Source: Amphiscolops sp. MND2022 (Eukaryota). From it: a DNA stretch of 64,000 nt. A program made the translations under genes and the position numbers. The notes under the pieces are model-generated. The model worked only from the letters and a program-made list of their open reading frames with translations. It had not been told where the DNA came from and made no database searches. The stretch spans positions 16,680,001 to 16,744,000 of the forward strand of contig OZ076409.1 of NCBI GenBank assembly GCA_964187785.1, written 5' to 3'. Shown in pieces: positions 59,316 through 64,000 of this stretch (its first letter is position 1; each line of letters opens with the position of its first letter).

Positions 59316-59509
59316 TCTTACTTGACTACATTTCTTCGTGAGGGGAAATCATCGTTTATTTATAATACAGTATTTACTGTGAAATTCAAGACGAAACAAA
59401 AACAAGATTGCAAATTGAAACGACAGACTGGTGAACTAATGTAAAGATGATAAATCAAAGAAAATTGACAAAATACAATGGATTGATCACTCTTGGTACG
59501 CATTCCATT

Positions 59510-59709
59510 NNNNNNNNNNNNNNNNNNNNNNNNNNNNNNNNNNNNNNNNNNNNNNNNNNNNNNNNNNNNNNNNNNNNNNNNNNNNNNNNNNNNNNNNNNN
59601 NNNNNNNNNNNNNNNNNNNNNNNNNNNNNNNNNNNNNNNNNNNNNNNNNNNNNNNNNNNNNNNNNNNNNNNNNNNNNNNNNNNNNNNNNNNNNNNNNNNN
59701 NNNNNNNNN
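59510..59709. other. Assembly gap
   Basis: 200 consecutive N. Confidence 1.
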
Positions 59710-59763
59710 TAAACAAATTTATAAGTCAATATATATTGAGTGTATTGAAGTGTCAATCACAAA

Positions 59764-61266
59764 TAAAAACATAGGCGCAACTGCCATTGCGCGACGGCTC
59801 CGAGCAGACGACCTCTTTGAGAGAGCCCAGGAGTAATGGGTTCTACGGAAGTGCGCCCAAGCACCCCCAATTGCATGGGGTACGTCAAAAAACACTTCGC
59901 AAAAAAGTTCGCAAAATTTCCAAAATTTTTCCAATTTTTAGTCGCCATTTTCTCAACGACCAATGATCGTAGAATGATGAAACTTTCATGAGCTTAGAGA
60001 AGACATCTTCTCGCGTCAGTCGATACTACTTATGAGCCGTTTCGATTTGTTTAAGTAGTAAAATTAAGCAAAATCTACATTTAGAAAATTTTTTCGGAAA
60101 ACTTCCAAAATTTTTCCAATTTTTAGTCGCCATTTTCTCAACGACCAATAATCGTAGGATGATGAAACTTTCATGAGCTTAGAGAAGACATCCTCTCACG
60201 TCAGTCGATACTAATTATGAGCCGTTTCCATTTGTTTAAGTAGTAAAATTAAGCAAAATCGACATTTAGAAAGTTTTTCCGGGAAAATTCCAAAATTTTT
60301 CCAATTTTTAGTCGCCATTTTCTCAACGACCAATGATCGTAGGATGATGAAACTTTCATGAGCTTAGAGAAGACATCCTCTCACGTCAGTCAATACTAAT
60401 TATGAGCCGTTTCAATTTGTTTAAGTAGTAAAATTAAGCAAAATCGACATTTAGAAAATTTTTTCGCAAAAAACTCCAAAATTTTTCCAATTTTTATTCG
60501 CCAATTTCTCAACGACCAATAATCGTAGGATGATGAAACTTTCCTGAGCTTAGAGAAGACATCCTCTCGTGTCAGTCGGTACTAATTATGAGCCGTTTCA
60601 ATTTGTTTAAGTAGTAAAATTAAGCAAAATCGACATTTAGAAAATTTTTTCGCAAAAAACTCCAAAATTTTTCCAATTTTTATTCGCCAATTTCTCAACG
60701 ACCAATAATCGTAGGATGATGAAACTTTCCTGAGCTTAGAGAAGACATCCTCTCGTGTCAGTCGGTTTTAATTATGAGCCGTTTCAATTTGTTTAAGTAG
60801 TAAAATTAAGCAAAATCTACATTTAGAAAATTTTTTCGAAAAAAAACCCAAAGTTTTTCCAATTTTTTTCGCCATTTTCTCAACGCCCAGTATCTGTAAA
60901 ATAATGAAAATTTCACGACCTTAAAGAAGACATCCTCTTGCGTCAGTTGGTACCCATTTGAGACGGTTCGATATGGTTCAAGTGGAAAAATTACGCAAAA
61001 TCGGAAAAAACCCTAAAAATTTTCGCAAAAATCATGTTTTCGAAGCTAATATAATCGCCCAGGCGGAAAATTTTCGGAACCTTCTTACATGGCCAGAAAG
61101 GGCATTCACTTGCGGATCTATTTTTGAAATTTTGAATTGTCTCGGAGAAATAGGCTTGGAGAAAAATAGCCGAAACTTTTACAAATGCAGAGGGATGTCA
61201 CGTTTTGGCGAAAAAAAAACTAAACGCAAACAATAAGGCCCCTCGCTTCGCTCGTCGCCTTAAAAA
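59764..61266. mobile_element. Putative Helentron-associated (DINE-1/HINE-like) non-autonomous element
   Basis: Hairpin GCGCAA-CTGCCA-TTGCGC near the left end, central tandem array, and GGCCCCTCGCTTCGCTCGTCGCC at the right end; A/T-rich flanks. Confidence 0.5.
59920..61000 (+). repeat. Tandem array, ~185-bp unit, between 5 and 6 copies
   Basis: TCGCCAwTTTCTCAACG recurs near 59942, 60127, 60312, 60498, 60684 and 60869. Confidence 0.95.
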
Positions 61267-61379
61267 CAAAAGGTTTCCAAGTAACTAACATTAATAAACT
61301 AGTACACAATGTTGCTCACAGATACCATAAGCCTGATGAACCTAAATTAAACTATGACATAAAACCTTTTGATATTACA

Positions 61380-64000
61380 TTTGCAGGTTGGTCACCACTT
61401 TTCTCTACACCAAATTTTTATGACTAACTTTAAACCACCTCTCACATGATCTCCTTCAATATATAACGTCCAAACTACATCTGATACCTCTAAATCACGT
61501 ATTCACCCTACTCTCCCAGATTCTAAAGAGAACCTCAAATTCTTGCATAAATTCTATTTTCAAAGTTCTGAACTTACAGATACTGAATATTATACTCTTT
61601 GTAACATAACTATGACATAGAAAAGTTGTAACGCAACACTTAACTTTCATGTTGGAAAAATTGCTACTTCCTTCAGAGTATGTCTCAAACTAAAATGCAT
61701 AACGCATCAATCAACGACTTTTCAAAGTTTCTATTAATTCCAAAGACAAATTTAGAAATCTTCTCATAGAACTAAAAACACAAAATATCAAACAAATTTA
61801 TTCTTCTCTGCACGATAAACCCAACTACGGAACAACATATCTCAGTCTTCTCAAAAGTATGCCCAGAGGAAACTCTGTAAAATGAGTTTCTGATGCAAGA
61901 CATCTGAACTCAAATACAAAACAATCTAACCAATCATGGCATAGTGAACGTTTGGCTCGTTAATTAGCTGGTGCGGGTAAAAATTACAAGTGTGCTAATG
62001 ATCTTATGAACGCTTACACACGAAAACCTCTTGATGAAGAAACTAATAGACTTAAAAGCTTCTACTGTGGTAATAAACCATTTGCGTTTGTTTTAGGCGT
62101 TCATCGTCTCAACCGCTGACCCTATTTTGTTCATAAAACAAATAACTACTTTCCTGGAAACTCTAACAGAACAAGGTTCTGCTCTTGTTTACATTGGCAA
62201 CATCCTCCCTTCCCTTGTCACAATCAATATTCGAACTCATTGAACAACTGCATATCACATGTAAGAAAATAGTTTGGAAGTCGCTCCAGAAAAACGAAAA
62301 ACCCATAACATTCCAAACCTGCTGTTATTCGTAAACTTCTTTCTTTCGCCGGAAAAGTTATCCTTTGAGTTTTATCGAAGCACTCAACTTTTACACGACG
62401 TTCATTGAAAAAATTAATCCTGAAGAATTCTACGATCGATTACTCAAAAACACCCCCTTATACATGGGCTTTTGAACAAAAACTGTTGTTTCAACAAAGA
62501 AAAAATGCTTTAACTCTGATACAGAACTTGCAATACCAAATATAAAACATCCATTCGCCTTTACAGTTGATGTTTCCTGAATTGGATTAGGAGCTGTCCT
62601 TATCAATTGAATGAAGATTGAACAAATGAATGAAGAAGAACAAAATGAAAGTAATGTCTCACAGCTCTCTTATTTTGAAGCGTCAGGAACAGAAACTCTC
62701 AACACTAGAACATGAACTCCTTTGTTTTGCACATGCTTGTCAAAAATGTTTAGTTCTTGGATCTCCACATCCAAATCATAGTTTTACCGATCATGAACGT
62801 TTTTTACACTGTTTTACAAAAAAAGGTTACCTCATCCCACGTTTTTAGAGCTCAAATGCAACTCACAAATTACTTGAAACTTAAAGTTGTCCACACACTG
62901 GGAAAAACCCTTTTGTAACAGGTAGCACAGGATATTGTTCACCAAAAAAGAACCCGAAATCAATCATATGAAATAGACAACTACGGCCACAAACAGATTT
63001 TGCTTTTTATAAAAAATCACATTTTGAAATTCGTCTTTTATCTGATCAAACACAAAGATCAACATCACCCCAGCCTGACTCTCATCCTATTCTTGCTGCG
63101 TATGGCACAGATCCTTTTGCAAAACGTTTAAATGACACAGGCATTGATATTATTGTCAAACTTTGAGACTCATTTACCTTCGGAGCTGTTACTCTTTCCC
63201 GAACCAAGTTTGAAAACCCTATTTGAAAACACGACCAATTATTACACCAACATTCCCTGCTCCTTAATGACAGTGATTCTACAAGTGACGCTGAAGATTT
63301 TATATAAAATCGAATTCCATGCAATATTACATCTCAAAACCTAAATCAAACAAATTTTGCAACCTTCGGCACTAATGCAAATCCGAAAACATCAACACCG
63401 TCTAGCTTTGTTATGAACAAAACAAACCTATCAAACTCTCTACTGACTTTTCACAACTCATACTCGTCAATGTCCCTTCCTTCTTCGAATACAAAAACAC
63501 TTTTCAAGGTTTCTTCTTACCTGAGGATTGTTCATTGGACTTAAGAACTACCAAACAACAAAAAAGATCCCATCCTCAAAATTCTATATCACTGGCATAC
63601 TAACGTGCCAAACCCGAGTTTCTTACACCTCTAAACATTGGTAACATTATTTTACTCTTATAACAAAGTATTCTCGCAGCTTGCTATCGACGACGCCAGA
63701 AATCTTTTTAGTCTAAATACAAAAAAAATTCTCTTGAAACTAATCCTGAAACCATTCCTATGTCTAATGGAAGTAACATTAAAATGAGTTTTCCATTACG
63801 CATCTTCGAAACTGCAATCAATAAGTTTCATGATCATTAACAAACCAGTTTTAAAAAACATACAATACATTCTCTCACTTTTATTACATTCCATTTTTTG
63901 TTCGCAAATGACTGTCTTGTAGGTAAGCGCAACAAACACTCAATTTGAAAATCCACATTGCTCCCCCTCAATCGTTTTCAGAAAACGCTTCTTCTTTCAA
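61380..64000 (+). pseudogene. pol: Heavily decayed Ty3/Gypsy pol from a different, AT-rich family
   Basis: Relic motifs in the expected order: DARHLNSNT (~61890), LVYIGNI for YIDD (~62185), FTVDVS..GLGAVL (~62560-62600), EQKLSTLEHELL, TDH, and an integrase zinc-finger remnant at ~63910. Many stops and frameshifts. Confidence 0.8.

Noticed and set aside
59360..59836. ORFs spanning the N run
   Set aside because: Artefacts of the assembly gap.

Overview
AT-rich, intron-containing eukaryotic (invertebrate-like) DNA dominated by nested transposons. (1) 1-4030, minus strand: three exons of a DEG/ENaC channel gene with LDLa and CUB domains inserted in the extracellular loop; the gene runs off the left edge. 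(2) Two related full-length Ty3/Gypsy LTR retrotransposons lie tail-to-tail (8215-39303 +; 40418-59315 -). Both have a 2.7-kb leader, gag-pol with an extra degenerate protease-like repeat, two TARG1/Poa1p-like macrodomains after integrase, and a third non-env ORF (1423 aa, intact in element 2) with a degenerate SGNH-hydrolase-like domain behind a conserved splice acceptor. (3) Element 1 is interrupted by a 12.3-kb terminal-inverted-repeat element (14191-26502). It has no recognisable transposase but carries a spliced zinc-finger + KDM2/KDM7-like JmjC histone demethylase gene, many copies of one short motif, nested MITEs and a 1833-bp tandem duplication. I read it as a candidate transposon-encoded anti-silencing system, partly decayed in this copy. 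(4) After a 200-N gap: a Helentron-like element with ~185-bp tandem repeats and a heavily decayed Gypsy pol. All domain calls were made by eye from motifs; no database searches were run.
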